A DNA stretch of 45,697 nt. Source: an uncultured Clostridia bacterium (GTDB lineage Bacteria > Bacillota > Clostridia > Oscillospirales > Ruminococcaceae). The position numbers and the translations under genes were made by a program. The stretch covers positions 1-45,697 of the forward strand of contig CANEHP010000001.1 of the NCBI GenBank assembly GCA_947427325.1. The letters run 5' to 3'. The notes under the pieces were generated by a model that saw only the letters and a list, made by a program, of their open reading frames with translations, was not told the DNA's origin and made no database searches. Shown in pieces: positions 28,566 to 38,736 of this stretch (positions within the stretch are counted from its first letter, which is position 1; each line of letters starts with the position of its first letter).

Positions 28566-28928
28566 ATGAACAAATTAAAAAAGCTTGGTTCAAATGCTAA
28601 GGACTTCTTTCTGAAGCTTAAAGAAAAGAAAGCAAAACTTACAACGCAGCTCGCTGTGTCGTTTATGAGTATGCTTGTACTTGCTGTGCCTATATTTGCA
28701 GAAAGTGGCGAAGAAAATGCCGGAGAAGAACAGTTTATGTCAGTTATCAACTTTTTCGCCACTTGGATTGGTCGAATTGGATTGATAGTTGGATTTATTG
28801 GAGCTATTATGTTTGCATTAGCAATCAAAAATGACGATGCGGATGCCAAAACAAGAGGATTGATGACCTTGGCTTCGGGATTTGTTGTCTTTGCGGTAAC
28901 AAAAGCGATAGATATGTTCATTACTTGA
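28566..28928 (+). CDS. VirB2/TrbC-like small membrane protein
   Basis: Signal-like leader plus two hydrophobic helices (WIGRIGLIVGFIGAIMFALA; GLMTLASGFVVFAV) between virD4 and virB6. Confidence 0.65.
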   Translation: MNKLKKLGSNAKDFFLKLKEKKAKLTTQLAVSFMSMLVLAVPIFAESGEENAGEEQFMSVINFFATWIGRIGLIVGFIGAIMFALAIKNDDADAKTRGLMTLASGFVVFAVTKAIDMFIT

Positions 28929-28931
28929 TGA

Positions 28932-28949
28932 TGTGATACATATATCCAT
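28932..28949. repeat. 18-bp palindrome copy
   Basis: TGTGATACATATATCCAT; its reverse complement matches the 5805/5846 copies. Confidence 0.8.
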
Positions 28950-29012
28950 TTTTTGTTTATGCCGCTAAACAATAGCAGCATAAACATTTATTTTTATGAA
29001 GGAGGTAAAATT

Positions 29013-29942
29013 TTGGCTTGGGAAGTTTGTACTTGGCAAACAATGAAGAATTTTTTCGTCAGCTGTATAGATAATCTTAACAATATGTACAACACAGCAG
29101 TTGGTATGTTTGGTGCCATAAATCCTTTTAATCTCAGCAATCCCGCAGTCGGAGGTTCATACGCAGCATCAGCAAATCTTAAAGATGTTTTGCAGGGCAT
29201 ATCTGATGTAGTTGCAGTTGTCGCCCTACAATTATGCGTGTTGTTTTTTCTTTTGGAGTTTTTTAAAAAATCAATGGATTTACAATGGGTCAAGTGGGAA
29301 AATGTACTTATGTTTTTATTAAAGCTGATATTTGCCAAAATAATAATTGATAACTCAATGGCAATAATGGAGTGGATATACACAGTGTTCAACGATTTGG
29401 CAAATGTTGTAAATACTGAACTAATGTCTTCAACCGGAGGTACTTTTATACCTGTAAGATCATTGGAAGACGATGCTACGGCAAGTGATTATTGCAACTT
29501 CTTTTTAACGGCGGAGGAATATCAATACTATACGAACGATGGCGGATTTTTAGGTTTAAGCAGAACACTTAAAATAATAGAGCTATCACCTGCAATGTTT
29601 ATCGCACAGTGTGTAATGCTGATAACGGGAATTGTTGTTTTTGCCAGGGTATTTGAAGTGATAGTCTACACAATGATAGCACCAATTCCCTTTGCGTCAT
29701 TTGCCAGCGAAGAACACAGACAAATTGGCATTGGATTTATAAAAAATTATGCCGCCGTTTGCCTTCAAGCTCTTGTAATAGTAGTTATGTTTGCTGCATT
29801 TGCAGCTTTGGGCAACGAGCTTGAAAATTTGCAAGGAACATATGCTGCAGGTGCTTGGGGAATATTACTGAAGGTTATTTTATTAGGTTTAGGCGTAATA
29901 AAATCGGGCAGTTGGGCTAAAAAACTATGTGGTGCAATATAA
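29013..29942 (+). CDS. VirB6/TrbL-like polytopic T4SS membrane protein
   Basis: Multiple TMs, RVFEVIVYTMIAPIPFASF...GFIKNYAAVCLQ; TTG start after GGAGG. Confidence 0.85.
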   Translation: MAWEVCTWQTMKNFFVSCIDNLNNMYNTAVGMFGAINPFNLSNPAVGGSYAASANLKDVLQGISDVVAVVALQLCVLFFLLEFFKKSMDLQWVKWENVLMFLLKLIFAKIIIDNSMAIMEWIYTVFNDLANVVNTELMSSTGGTFIPVRSLEDDATASDYCNFFLTAEEYQYYTNDGGFLGLSRTLKIIELSPAMFIAQCVMLITGIVVFARVFEVIVYTMIAPIPFASFASEEHRQIGIGFIKNYAAVCLQALVIVVMFAAFAALGNELENLQGTYAAGAWGILLKVILLGLGVIKSGSWAKKLCGAI

Positions 29943-29952
29943 AGGAGAAAAA

Positions 29953-30399
29953 ATGGCAATAGAAATAAAAATCCCAAAGGAAATAAAGGAATATAAGGAA
30001 ACCTTTTTATTTGGACTTACAGTGAAGAAATTTATTTCACTTGCTCTTACACTACTGATATGCGTACCGTTGTATATTTTCGGTAAAAACTTTATGCCTG
30101 AGGAAATGGTTTCTTGGGCTGTAATAATTATAGGCGCACCTATTCTCGGCATCGGTTTTATAACATACCATAATTTGACGTTTGCACAGCTTGTAAAGCA
30201 TTTCTTTGATATGAACTTTCGTCCACAGAAGCGCAAGTATATAGAATTACCAGTGTTTTGGTATGCAAGGCAGCAAATTATAGCCGATATGCTTTTAATT
30301 GAAACGGAGCAAAAAAAGTTTACCTTGCTGAAAAGAAAAGTATTAACACAGGCAAGTTTCAGAAATATATTTTCCTTAGTGAAAACAGTAAAGGTGTAG
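29953..30399 (+). CDS. prgI: PrgI-family (VirB3-like) protein
   Basis: IKIPKEIKEYKETFLFGLTVKK plus two TMs, upstream of virB4; RBS AAGGAG. Confidence 0.85.
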   Translation: MAIEIKIPKEIKEYKETFLFGLTVKKFISLALTLLICVPLYIFGKNFMPEEMVSWAVIIIGAPILGIGFITYHNLTFAQLVKHFFDMNFRPQKRKYIELPVFWYARQQIIADMLLIETEQKKFTLLKRKVLTQASFRNIFSLVKTVKV

Positions 30400-30444
30400 A
30401 GCTATGAAAAATAAATTTGTTATAAACAGGAAAGGATAAAAAGT

Positions 30445-32955
30445 ATGAATGACAAAGGATATATAGTTTTATCTCCCTCTCACAAAATTCCTGATATTTC
30501 AACCGAAAACGGTGCTACCGCAAGAGAGATTGACAAAATGCGTGTGGCAAAAAACAAGCCAAAAAAACAAGCAAAATCCACTAAACTTGATAAAATTAAA
30601 CAAAAAGCCGAAATTCGCAAGGTTTCCAAATCTACACAGGATACTTTACCGTATATCTGCTTTTGCAGCGAATACATAATGTGTGTTGATAAAAATAGGT
30701 TTTCAAAGACTTATAAGTTTGATGATGTAAACTATACATCGGCATCTTCAGATCAACAGGAAGCAATTTTCCTCGCTTATTGTGATATGCTTAATGGAAT
30801 AGATACAACAGCAGATCTACAAATCACTGTTCACAATAACAAGGTGAACCGTCGGGATTTTGAGCGTAAAATTCTGTTAAAACCCAAAAATGACGGATTT
30901 AACCAACACCGTGAAGAATATAATGATATGCTCCGTGAAAAACTTATGCAGGGACAAAACGGAATAAGTTGCAGCAAGTATATGACACTTACAGTAACAG
31001 CGACAGACGTTGAATCGGCGGCACAGAAGATAGCCACCATAGAGGTGCATTTAAGAATGGGATTCCAAAAAATAGGCTCATCAATCGTTCCACTTAATGC
31101 AAATCAAAGAGTGAGAATATTGGCAGATATTTTTCGAGGAGTAAATAAAGAGATCCGACCTATTTCCACACAAGAATTTCAGCGGCAGGCTGAAAAGTCC
31201 CTTTGCTGTCCCGATTACTTTGAATTTAAAAACGACTATTTTATGTACAATAACAGCTACGCACGTCTGCTGTTTGTAAGGCAGCTGCCATCATCGCTTA
31301 TGGACACTATTCTAACAAATATTGCCGAAACCAATCTTAACCTCATAGTTACGGTAAATATTGCGGCGGTTGAACCCGATATTGCCATAAAGACAGTAAA
31401 ACGTCAGCTCACCTCAATGAAAGCCGATCAGATAAAGAGAAATAAAAAGGCTTCTCAGCACGGTGTTTTTATTGATGTTACCTCGGAGAGTCTTAAACAC
31501 AGCTTGGAGGAGGCTCAAGACTTGCTTGATGCCCTAACCTCAAAAAATCAAAAAATGTTCTTGACAAACCTTATAGTTATGGTAATTGCCGACAATTACA
31601 ATGAGCTTGAATCCAATACCGAAAAGATAATATCAGTTCTTAACACACACGTTTGCACTACTGCCACTGCCTTTTTACAGCAGGAGGAATGTTTAGCTTC
31701 GGTCCTTCCGATAGGAAACTGTAAGCTTGATGTACGCCGTACCCTAATTACAGAGAGTACGGCTGTTTTTATGCCCTTCAATGCCCGTGATCTAACACAG
31801 GAGGGCGGTATGTACTACGGTCTCAATGCGGTAAACAACAATATAATAATATTTGACCGCAAAAAACTGATAAATCCAAACGGTTTTATTTTAGGCTCTC
31901 CGGGAAGCGGTAAATCCTTCAGCGCAAAGAGAGAGACGCTTAATGTTTTCCTCTGCACCGATGACGATATTATAATTATTGATCCTGAAAGAGAATATAC
32001 GAATCTTTGTCGTGCTTTAAACGGCGAGGTGATATATATATCCGAAAATTCAAAAAGCTACTTGAACCCATTGGAAATTGTTCTGACAGATGACAGTGAT
32101 GACGACCCCGTAGCAGCAAAATTAAATTTCTTTCTATCTTTTTTTGAAAAAATAATGGGAAAATGGGGCATTACTCCCGAACAAAAAACAGCCATTGACA
32201 AATGCCTGCACAGCATTTACAACCCAATTTTATCGGGGCAGACAAATGTTATGCCTACCCTCGATGATTATTTTAAAGTGTTGGGAGCATATTCTGAGGA
32301 ACATCCCGAAGCCAAAAGCCTTTATAGTGCCTTGGAGCTGTACGTTACAGGTTCTATGTCCACATTTGCCCACAGCTCCAACGTAAATACAAATAACCGT
32401 GTAGTGGTTTATGATATCAAGGAACTCGGAAAACAACTTAAACCGTTGGGTATGATGGTGGTACTTGAAAACCTTTGGGACAGAATTGTGAAAAACCGTC
32501 TGATTGGCAGAAATACACGCATTTATATTGATGAAATATATTTGCTGTTTCAAAACGAACAAAGCGCAAACTTTTTATATGAGCTGTACAAGCGTGCAAG
32601 AAAATGGGGCGGTATTCCCACGGGAATTACGCAAAACGTGGAAGATCTGTTGAGGTTCGAAACAGGGCGCTCAATGCTTTCAAACTCCGAATTTATTCTA
32701 ATGCTGTCTCAATCTGCCACAGATAGAGACAAGCTTGCAGAGCTTCTGAAAATTCCCGAAGAAAGTATGCAGTATGTTACAAATGCAGTTGCAGGAAGCG
32801 GCTTAATGTTTGCAGGAAGCTATGGCATTACTCCATTTAAAGACGACTTCCCGAAAAATACAGAGCTATATAAGCTTATGACTACACGCTTCGGCGAAGC
32901 GGATAATAGCGAGGGCAAAAAGAATGAGGGAAATTCAAACAGAAATTCGGCGTGA
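30445..32955 (+). CDS. virB4: VirB4-like conjugative ATPase
   Basis: YYGLNAVNNN, NGFILGSPGSGKSFSAKRE, IIDPEREY, IYIDEIY, RARKWGGIPTGITQNV. Confidence 0.95.
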   Translation: MNDKGYIVLSPSHKIPDISTENGATAREIDKMRVAKNKPKKQAKSTKLDKIKQKAEIRKVSKSTQDTLPYICFCSEYIMCVDKNRFSKTYKFDDVNYTSASSDQQEAIFLAYCDMLNGIDTTADLQITVHNNKVNRRDFERKILLKPKNDGFNQHREEYNDMLREKLMQGQNGISCSKYMTLTVTATDVESAAQKIATIEVHLRMGFQKIGSSIVPLNANQRVRILADIFRGVNKEIRPISTQEFQRQAEKSLCCPDYFEFKNDYFMYNNSYARLLFVRQLPSSLMDTILTNIAETNLNLIVTVNIAAVEPDIAIKTVKRQLTSMKADQIKRNKKASQHGVFIDVTSESLKHSLEEAQDLLDALTSKNQKMFLTNLIVMVIADNYNELESNTEKIISVLNTHVCTTATAFLQQEECLASVLPIGNCKLDVRRTLITESTAVFMPFNARDLTQEGGMYYGLNAVNNNIIIFDRKKLINPNGFILGSPGSGKSFSAKRETLNVFLCTDDDIIIIDPEREYTNLCRALNGEVIYISENSKSYLNPLEIVLTDDSDDDPVAAKLNFFLSFFEKIMGKWGITPEQKTAIDKCLHSIYNPILSGQTNVMPTLDDYFKVLGAYSEEHPEAKSLYSALELYVTGSMSTFAHSSNVNTNNRVVVYDIKELGKQLKPLGMMVVLENLWDRIVKNRLIGRNTRIYIDEIYLLFQNEQSANFLYELYKRARKWGGIPTGITQNVEDLLRFETGRSMLSNSEFILMLSQSATDRDKLAELLKIPEESMQYVTNAVAGSGLMFAGSYGITPFKDDFPKNTELYKLMTTRFGEADNSEGKKNEGNSNRNSA

Positions 32956-34819
32956 TACCATTGAAAACAAAAAAGACAGAAATCAGATAGAGGGTAAAGC
33001 AAGCACTAAAAGTAAGGTGCAAACAGGTAAAACATCAGGTCAATATTCATATTCGATTAATGACGTTTATGATGCACGAACAGCCGCCTCAGTGGAAAGG
33101 CGAAGAGCAACGGCAATAAAAGAATTTAAGGAAGCAAAGCAAAAATTGTCGGATATTGCTGAATCCTGCCCTGAGATAACTGCAAATTTTGATTTTTCCT
33201 TGAACCAAGCAAAGGAAATTTCAAAATTAGCCAAGAATCAAAATATATCCCTGCAATCACGGCACAACTTAAAAACAGCTGCACAAAATGTGCAAAAAGC
33301 ACAGGAAGAATTTAATACTGCTCTTGATGACTTTAGAAAATCTGTTAAATATATTGAATCCAAAATTGAACTTGAATCTTATGATTTCAGTAAAATACAA
33401 AGTCTTACCAAACAAGCGCAGGAAGCAATCGATAAGATTTCCCAAGCAAAAGCAAAAGCAAAATCGTCAATCAGTGAATTAAATACATTTTCAAATACAA
33501 TTTCTGAGAAAACACAAATCAAAGCTTCAAGAGCGGCTATGGTTTCCAAATTCAAAAATGCAGCAACAGGCACAGTGATTGGAGCTGTTAATAAAGGTAT
33601 TGTTGCTTCTACTATTACAGCAAGAAAAATAAGCGAATTTTCAAGCAATAATGATTCCGGCTCAACTGTGGCTAATCAGGTAAAGGAAGTCGCAGAAGCA
33701 TCCGTTTCAAAGTCATTCAGGGCTTCAAACAAAGCTGTAAAAAAAATTAATCAGCAAATAAAAACCGCTAAAAAATCTGCAAAAACTTCTAAAAAAACCT
33801 TGAAGACTGTTAAGAAAAAAACACTGAAAACAACCGCAAGGACTGCAAAAACGACCGTAAAGACTGCGGAAAAAACAGCCGCAGCCGCTTCTAAAACTGC
33901 AAAAACCACATCAAAAGCAATGTATGAATCTGCAAAGGCGGCTGCACACGCTGCGGCTGAGGCAGCAAAAGCTGCTGCACAGCTGGCTTCCAAAATAGCA
34001 GTGAAGATTAGTGAAGCGATTGTTGCGTTAGCAGAATCGCCTGTCGGTTTAATCGTCCTTGTAGTATGTGCATGTGTTGTGTTGGTTGTTGTTATAATAA
34101 ATATTATTCAAGGAGCTGTTCAAATTCCTGTATCATCGGTAGGTGCAATAGGATCTTCATTAAGCTGGCTTCTTGATGGAGACGAGAATAACAACACTAC
34201 ATACGATAATATAGCTGCTCTTTACAGAGAATATGAGCAAAAAGCAATTTCGGCTATGGAAAGCACAAGAACGTATTATTTGGATCAAATAGGCGAAATA
34301 AGCTTTGAAGAAAGGGATAGTCTCGTTCTTAATGATGCGTCCTTTTATCCTGCGTCGTCGGCAGACGGGTATATCCAAAGCTTTTTTGCAGGTATCAATT
34401 ATGACGATTATGTGTATCTACTTGAAATATGCAGCATAAAAAAGCTTCGTGATGAAAACAGCGACCAAGTCACCTTTGAAGAGACAGACATATTCAATTT
34501 TTTAACAGGCTACTGTTATGACTTTGACATAACCATTATAAGTAATCAGCCTTGTCCTACATCAGATTGTAAGTCAATCACTTGGTATCATCCCGATGGG
34601 GATTGCCCCGACGTTTCCGAAGATGATGACACCTGTGTTGGGCATTTATATTATTTTTGCGATCAGCACCATAAAAAAGTGATAATAACAATACAGCAGG
34701 TATCTAAAAATATTCTTGAAAATGATGTGTTGATTCTTACAGATACAGAAAAATCTATGCTTAACTTAGGTGTAGAGCTTATTAAACAAGCCATACTTCC
34801 ACAGGAGGTAACAACATAA
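32924..34819 (+). CDS. membrane-anchored coiled-coil protein in the usual VirB1/cell-wall hydrolase position; no catalytic domain recognised
   Basis: K/T/A-rich KTAKKTAK stretch and single TM typical of ICE hydrolase N-termini, then a Cys/His-rich C-terminus. Confidence 0.65.
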   Translation: MREIQTEIRRDTIENKKDRNQIEGKASTKSKVQTGKTSGQYSYSINDVYDARTAASVERRRATAIKEFKEAKQKLSDIAESCPEITANFDFSLNQAKEISKLAKNQNISLQSRHNLKTAAQNVQKAQEEFNTALDDFRKSVKYIESKIELESYDFSKIQSLTKQAQEAIDKISQAKAKAKSSISELNTFSNTISEKTQIKASRAAMVSKFKNAATGTVIGAVNKGIVASTITARKISEFSSNNDSGSTVANQVKEVAEASVSKSFRASNKAVKKINQQIKTAKKSAKTSKKTLKTVKKKTLKTTARTAKTTVKTAEKTAAAASKTAKTTSKAMYESAKAAAHAAAEAAKAAAQLASKIAVKISEAIVALAESPVGLIVLVVCACVVLVVVIINIIQGAVQIPVSSVGAIGSSLSWLLDGDENNNTTYDNIAALYREYEQKAISAMESTRTYYLDQIGEISFEERDSLVLNDASFYPASSADGYIQSFFAGINYDDYVYLLEICSIKKLRDENSDQVTFEETDIFNFLTGYCYDFDITIISNQPCPTSDCKSITWYHPDGDCPDVSEDDDTCVGHLYYFCDQHHKKVIITIQQVSKNILENDVLILTDTEKSMLNLGVELIKQAILPQEVTT

Positions 34820-35121
34820 TGCTAAAAAATTTCAGAGATTTTTATAGAAATCAAAAAGAAAAGCGTTTGGAAAAACGAAATAAGCCTTGGAACAAAAAGC
34901 AAAAAATCATTTTCCTTTCCGTATTCGCTGCTGTGATAATATATGTTATTGTTTCGGTAATTATATCGGGAAAAGGAGCAGACGGAGAGAGCTATTCCCT
35001 ACCAAGCCTTAATTTATCAGTGAATGGACTTGATATAATTCTTATTTTCTTATTGGGAATTAGTTTTGCGATTTTAAAAATACGTGCATACATAAAACGC
35101 AGAAAGGATGATAAAAAATGA
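34819..35121 (+). CDS. small two-TM membrane protein
   Basis: RBS AGGAGG, TAATG stop/start coupling, two hydrophobic helices. Confidence 0.7.
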   Translation: MLKNFRDFYRNQKEKRLEKRNKPWNKKQKIIFLSVFAAVIIYVIVSVIISGKGADGESYSLPSLNLSVNGLDIILIFLLGISFAILKIRAYIKRRKDDKK

Positions 35122-35477
35122 ACACAAAAATTTCCGCTTTGAAAAAGAAAATTGAGCTTAAAACAACACAGCTTAAAAGCAAAGAGAAACTTTTACTCCG
35201 CAATAAAGAAGCGGTTAAAGAAATCAAGTGCGAAATTGAGCAGCTTAAAAATGAGCTTGCAAAAGAGGAAATGCAGGAGATGAGGGAGCTCATGGGAGAG
35301 AAAAATCTTAATATTGATGATGTTAAGGCTGCTATTGTTTCGGGAATTATTGTCAGCAGCAAGCCTAAAGAAAACGAGAAAAAATCCGAAAAAAGTCAAA
35401 CACAGGCATCTGATATAGCAAAGGATATAGAAGAAATAAACAAGGAGGAACAAAGAAATGATACTAATATTGGCTGA
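35118..35477 (+). CDS. small coiled-coil protein
   Basis: RBS AAGGA, overlaps both neighbours, heptad-rich sequence. Confidence 0.7.
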   Translation: MNTKISALKKKIELKTTQLKSKEKLLLRNKEAVKEIKCEIEQLKNELAKEEMQEMRELMGEKNLNIDDVKAAIVSGIIVSSKPKENEKKSEKSQTQASDIAKDIEEINKEEQRNDTNIG

Positions 35478-37575
35478 AAAGCCCAGTGTAGCAAGGGATA
35501 TAGCCCGTGTAGTGGGAGCGACAAAACGTTCCGATGACGGTTATATGCAGGGGAACGGCTACATAGTATATAATTTCTTGGGACATTTAGTGAGCCTTTG
35601 CGATCCGTCCGATTACAACGAAAAATACATCAAATGGAATATGGCGGATTTGCCTATAATTCCGCAGCCGTTTCAGTATCGTCCTTTGGCGGATAAGGCT
35701 GAACATCTGCAAAAGCTGAAAAAGCTTATAAACAGCTCAGAGATCGACAGCCTGATATGCGCTACCGATGCGGGACGTGAAGGAGAGGTTATTTTCCGTT
35801 ACGTCTATGACTATATCGGCTGCAAAAAGCCTTATAAAAGACTTTGGATAAGCAGCTTGACAGACGAAAGCATAAGGAACGGTATGGACAACCTTGTTGA
35901 CGGTAAGGATAATTTATTTAAGGCAGGAGCGGCGAGAGCACAGGTAGATTGGCTTGTGGGAATGAACCTGTCCAGACTGTACAGTATTTATTTTCAGACA
36001 AAGTTATCAATCGGCAGGGTGCAGACAGCTACTCTTAATATGATTGTACAACGTGATTTGGAGATAGAGGGTTTCAAGAAGAAGCCTTTTTACAAGGTCT
36101 TACTTGAAAACGGTGCGGAATGGTTTGACGAAGATCGAGACAGTTTTCCCGAAAAATCCGAAGCGGAGAAAATAAAGGTACAGTGCCAAGGTAAAACTGC
36201 AAAGGTTATACAGGCTGAAAAAAAGAAAAAGACGGAAAACCGTCCTATTCTGTATTCTCTCACCACTTTGCAGATAGATGCCAATGACAAATCGGGCTTT
36301 TCCGCTGCCAAAACCTTGACGGTTATGCAGTCACTCTACGAGAAAAAGCTGCTTACATATCCGAGAACCGAAAGCAACTATCTGACCGAGGATATGAAGC
36401 CCGAAATTCCTGTTATAATCAAGCTTTTACAATTTTATGACAGTGACCGTGTAAAGCATTTTGACGAAGTGGGACTGAATATTGATAGCCGTGTTATTGA
36501 TAACAGCAAAGTTTCCGACCACCACGCCATTATTCCCACTAAGGATATACCTAATTCCGCAAATATGGAACTGACCGCCGATGAAAAGGCAATACTTGAC
36601 CTTGTAATCAAGCGGTTTTTCCTCGCATTTGAACAGGTTTATGTTTACAACGAAACAGCATATATTTTTGAAATCGAAGGCAACAGCTTTAAACTAAACG
36701 TGAAGGAGCCTGTTTCTTTGGGGTGGAAGACTTATGTAATCGAGAAAGCCGAGGAAACGCAGAGAGAAACAAAGGCTTACAATGAGAGTGATACTTTTAA
36801 CGCTAACAATTTAAGCATTAAGGACTGTGAAACAACACCGCCCATAGCCTTTACAGAAAGCACACTTCTGTCTGCTATGGAAAATTTAGACAAGCGCATT
36901 GAGGACAAAGAGCTGAAACAGTATGTCAAGGCAAGGGGCTTAGGAACTACCGCCACAAGAGCTGCCATTATCGAGCGCATAATTTCATTGGAATATGTGG
37001 CAAGAGATAAAAAAGCTTTAAAATCCACCGAAAAAGGACGGTATCTGATAGCCAACATTCCAGAAGCAATAAAAAGCGTAGAAATGACGGCGGAAATGGA
37101 AAGCCAGCTTGCAGCGGTTGAGAACGGAAAGAATAATCCCAAAGCCGTTATTGACAGTGCCGTTAAGCTTGTGCGTGATGTTATGGAAATTGAGAGCGCA
37201 AAACAACACGAAAACATAGGCGCAGTAACCAAGGTTTCCATCGGCAAGTGTCCTAAATGCGGTGGCAACGTCTACGAAGGCAACAAAGGCTTTTATTGTG
37301 AGCATTACAAAGATGAAAAGACCTGTAATTTCACGATATGGAAAGATGATATTTTTTTCAGTTCCCGTAAAAAGATTCTTACTGTCGGTACTCTCCAAAA
37401 GCTACTTGCAAAGGGAAAGGTACTGTTAAAAGGATGTTATTCCGAAAAAAGCGGTAAAACCTATGACGCTTATATTGGCTTTAACGATTATGTAAGCAAG
37501 GATGGAAAACAGAGAGTAGGATTTAAAATCATTGAATTTGTAAACAGTAATAAGGACGGAGGAAAGAAAAAGTGA
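35458..37575 (+). CDS. topB: DNA topoisomerase III (type IA)
   Basis: ILAEKPSVARDIA, GHL, CATDAGREGE, SIGRVQT, TYPRT (catalytic Tyr), DHHAIIPT, GLGTTATRA, CPKCG zinc ribbon. Confidence 0.95.
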   Translation: MILILAEKPSVARDIARVVGATKRSDDGYMQGNGYIVYNFLGHLVSLCDPSDYNEKYIKWNMADLPIIPQPFQYRPLADKAEHLQKLKKLINSSEIDSLICATDAGREGEVIFRYVYDYIGCKKPYKRLWISSLTDESIRNGMDNLVDGKDNLFKAGAARAQVDWLVGMNLSRLYSIYFQTKLSIGRVQTATLNMIVQRDLEIEGFKKKPFYKVLLENGAEWFDEDRDSFPEKSEAEKIKVQCQGKTAKVIQAEKKKKTENRPILYSLTTLQIDANDKSGFSAAKTLTVMQSLYEKKLLTYPRTESNYLTEDMKPEIPVIIKLLQFYDSDRVKHFDEVGLNIDSRVIDNSKVSDHHAIIPTKDIPNSANMELTADEKAILDLVIKRFFLAFEQVYVYNETAYIFEIEGNSFKLNVKEPVSLGWKTYVIEKAEETQRETKAYNESDTFNANNLSIKDCETTPPIAFTESTLLSAMENLDKRIEDKELKQYVKARGLGTTATRAAIIERIISLEYVARDKKALKSTEKGRYLIANIPEAIKSVEMTAEMESQLAAVENGKNNPKAVIDSAVKLVRDVMEIESAKQHENIGAVTKVSIGKCPKCGGNVYEGNKGFYCEHYKDEKTCNFTIWKDDIFFSSRKKILTVGTLQKLLAKGKVLLKGCYSEKSGKTYDAYIGFNDYVSKDGKQRVGFKIIEFVNSNKDGGKKK

Positions 37576-38645
37576 AATTCTTTAAAGTGATACTGAATAC
37601 GGTAGGAAAGGATAATGAAAAGGTGATTTTCATTATCCCTCCCGCCGAAGAAAAGGACGAAAATGGAAATCCCGCCTACGATGAGGATTTTTTGCTGAGC
37701 AATACCGAATACAGAAGCTATCTTAAGGAAACAAAGGCAGCGGTCGTGTCGGTTACATATATCCTATACGAAGTGTACGACAGTACAAAGCTCAACTATG
37801 ACGAGCTGCTGCAATCCGAAAGCAGCTTTTTTAAGCTTGACCAAAATGATTATCTGATTGAGGTTAAAAAAGTTAAAACCAAGGGTGGAGGCAAGAAATC
37901 ACAAACAACAATGTATTTTGTGTTAGGTATAGTCGCAACTGCGATCTTATCTGTGCTGATTTACGGAAGCAGTTTAAAGAAAAGCAACGGTAAGCCGGAC
38001 AGCAGCGGCGATACAAGTAATACATCTGTGGATACATATATCACAACAGAGGAAGTGCAAATGCCAATCACCAATGGCGAAGGTGAAGCAAATGAGGGAA
38101 ACTCCACCGATCCGACTGTCATCATTGAAACATCAAGCGAAGCGGAAACTATAAGCACTGATTTAACTGTCACGACATCAACTGAAATGGTTTTCACCTT
38201 AACGTTCGATAATAACGGCGGCGTTGGGTCTCTTAACGAAGGGCAATATACAAACGGAATCGTGGTGGATCTTCCTTTCACAGGTGTAAACAGGATAGGT
38301 TATACGCTTATGGGCTGGGCTACCGCACCAACACAGCCTTATACACTTTATGACAATGAAACGAGCAAATACGTAATGCCGTCCTTTCCTGCAACTTTGT
38401 ATGCAATATGGACTGCCACCGAATATGAAGTCATATATAACTATCAGGTAGGCACCAATGCCGTTACATCGAAGGACATGGTCAAGTATGGTGAAATAAT
38501 TCAGCTTATGGATATAAATAGTATTCCTTCCAATGCAGGAAAATTTGTTGGATGGGCACTGCTGCCAAATTCCGATGAACCTGTGAAAAGCCTAACAATG
38601 CCTGATGGAGGAATTGAGCTTTATGCGATTTATAAAAAGGGATAA
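37572..38645 (+). CDS. membrane protein with two InlB B-repeat-like extracellular domains
   Basis: TM MYFVLGIVATAILSVLIYG, S/T/E linker, LTFDNNGG...RIGYTLMGW...TLYAIW and a second FVGW...ELYAIY repeat. Confidence 0.75.
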   Translation: MKFFKVILNTVGKDNEKVIFIIPPAEEKDENGNPAYDEDFLLSNTEYRSYLKETKAAVVSVTYILYEVYDSTKLNYDELLQSESSFFKLDQNDYLIEVKKVKTKGGGKKSQTTMYFVLGIVATAILSVLIYGSSLKKSNGKPDSSGDTSNTSVDTYITTEEVQMPITNGEGEANEGNSTDPTVIIETSSEAETISTDLTVTTSTEMVFTLTFDNNGGVGSLNEGQYTNGIVVDLPFTGVNRIGYTLMGWATAPTQPYTLYDNETSKYVMPSFPATLYAIWTATEYEVIYNYQVGTNAVTSKDMVKYGEIIQLMDINSIPSNAGKFVGWALLPNSDEPVKSLTMPDGGIELYAIYKKG

Positions 38646-38683
38646 AAAACCTTTTTATTTTTTTGCTTTTTCTCAGTTCACTA

Positions 38684-38712
38684 TTGACTTTATGGATTTA
38701 AAGTGTTAAAAT
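38684..38712 (+). promoter_or_regulatory. near-consensus sigma-A promoter for the giant methylase/helicase gene
   Basis: TTGACT, 17 bp, TAAAAT with an extended -10 TG; RBS AGGAGG follows. Confidence 0.7.
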
Positions 38713-38736
38713 ATTATTAGGAGGTAGTAAGCAAGT

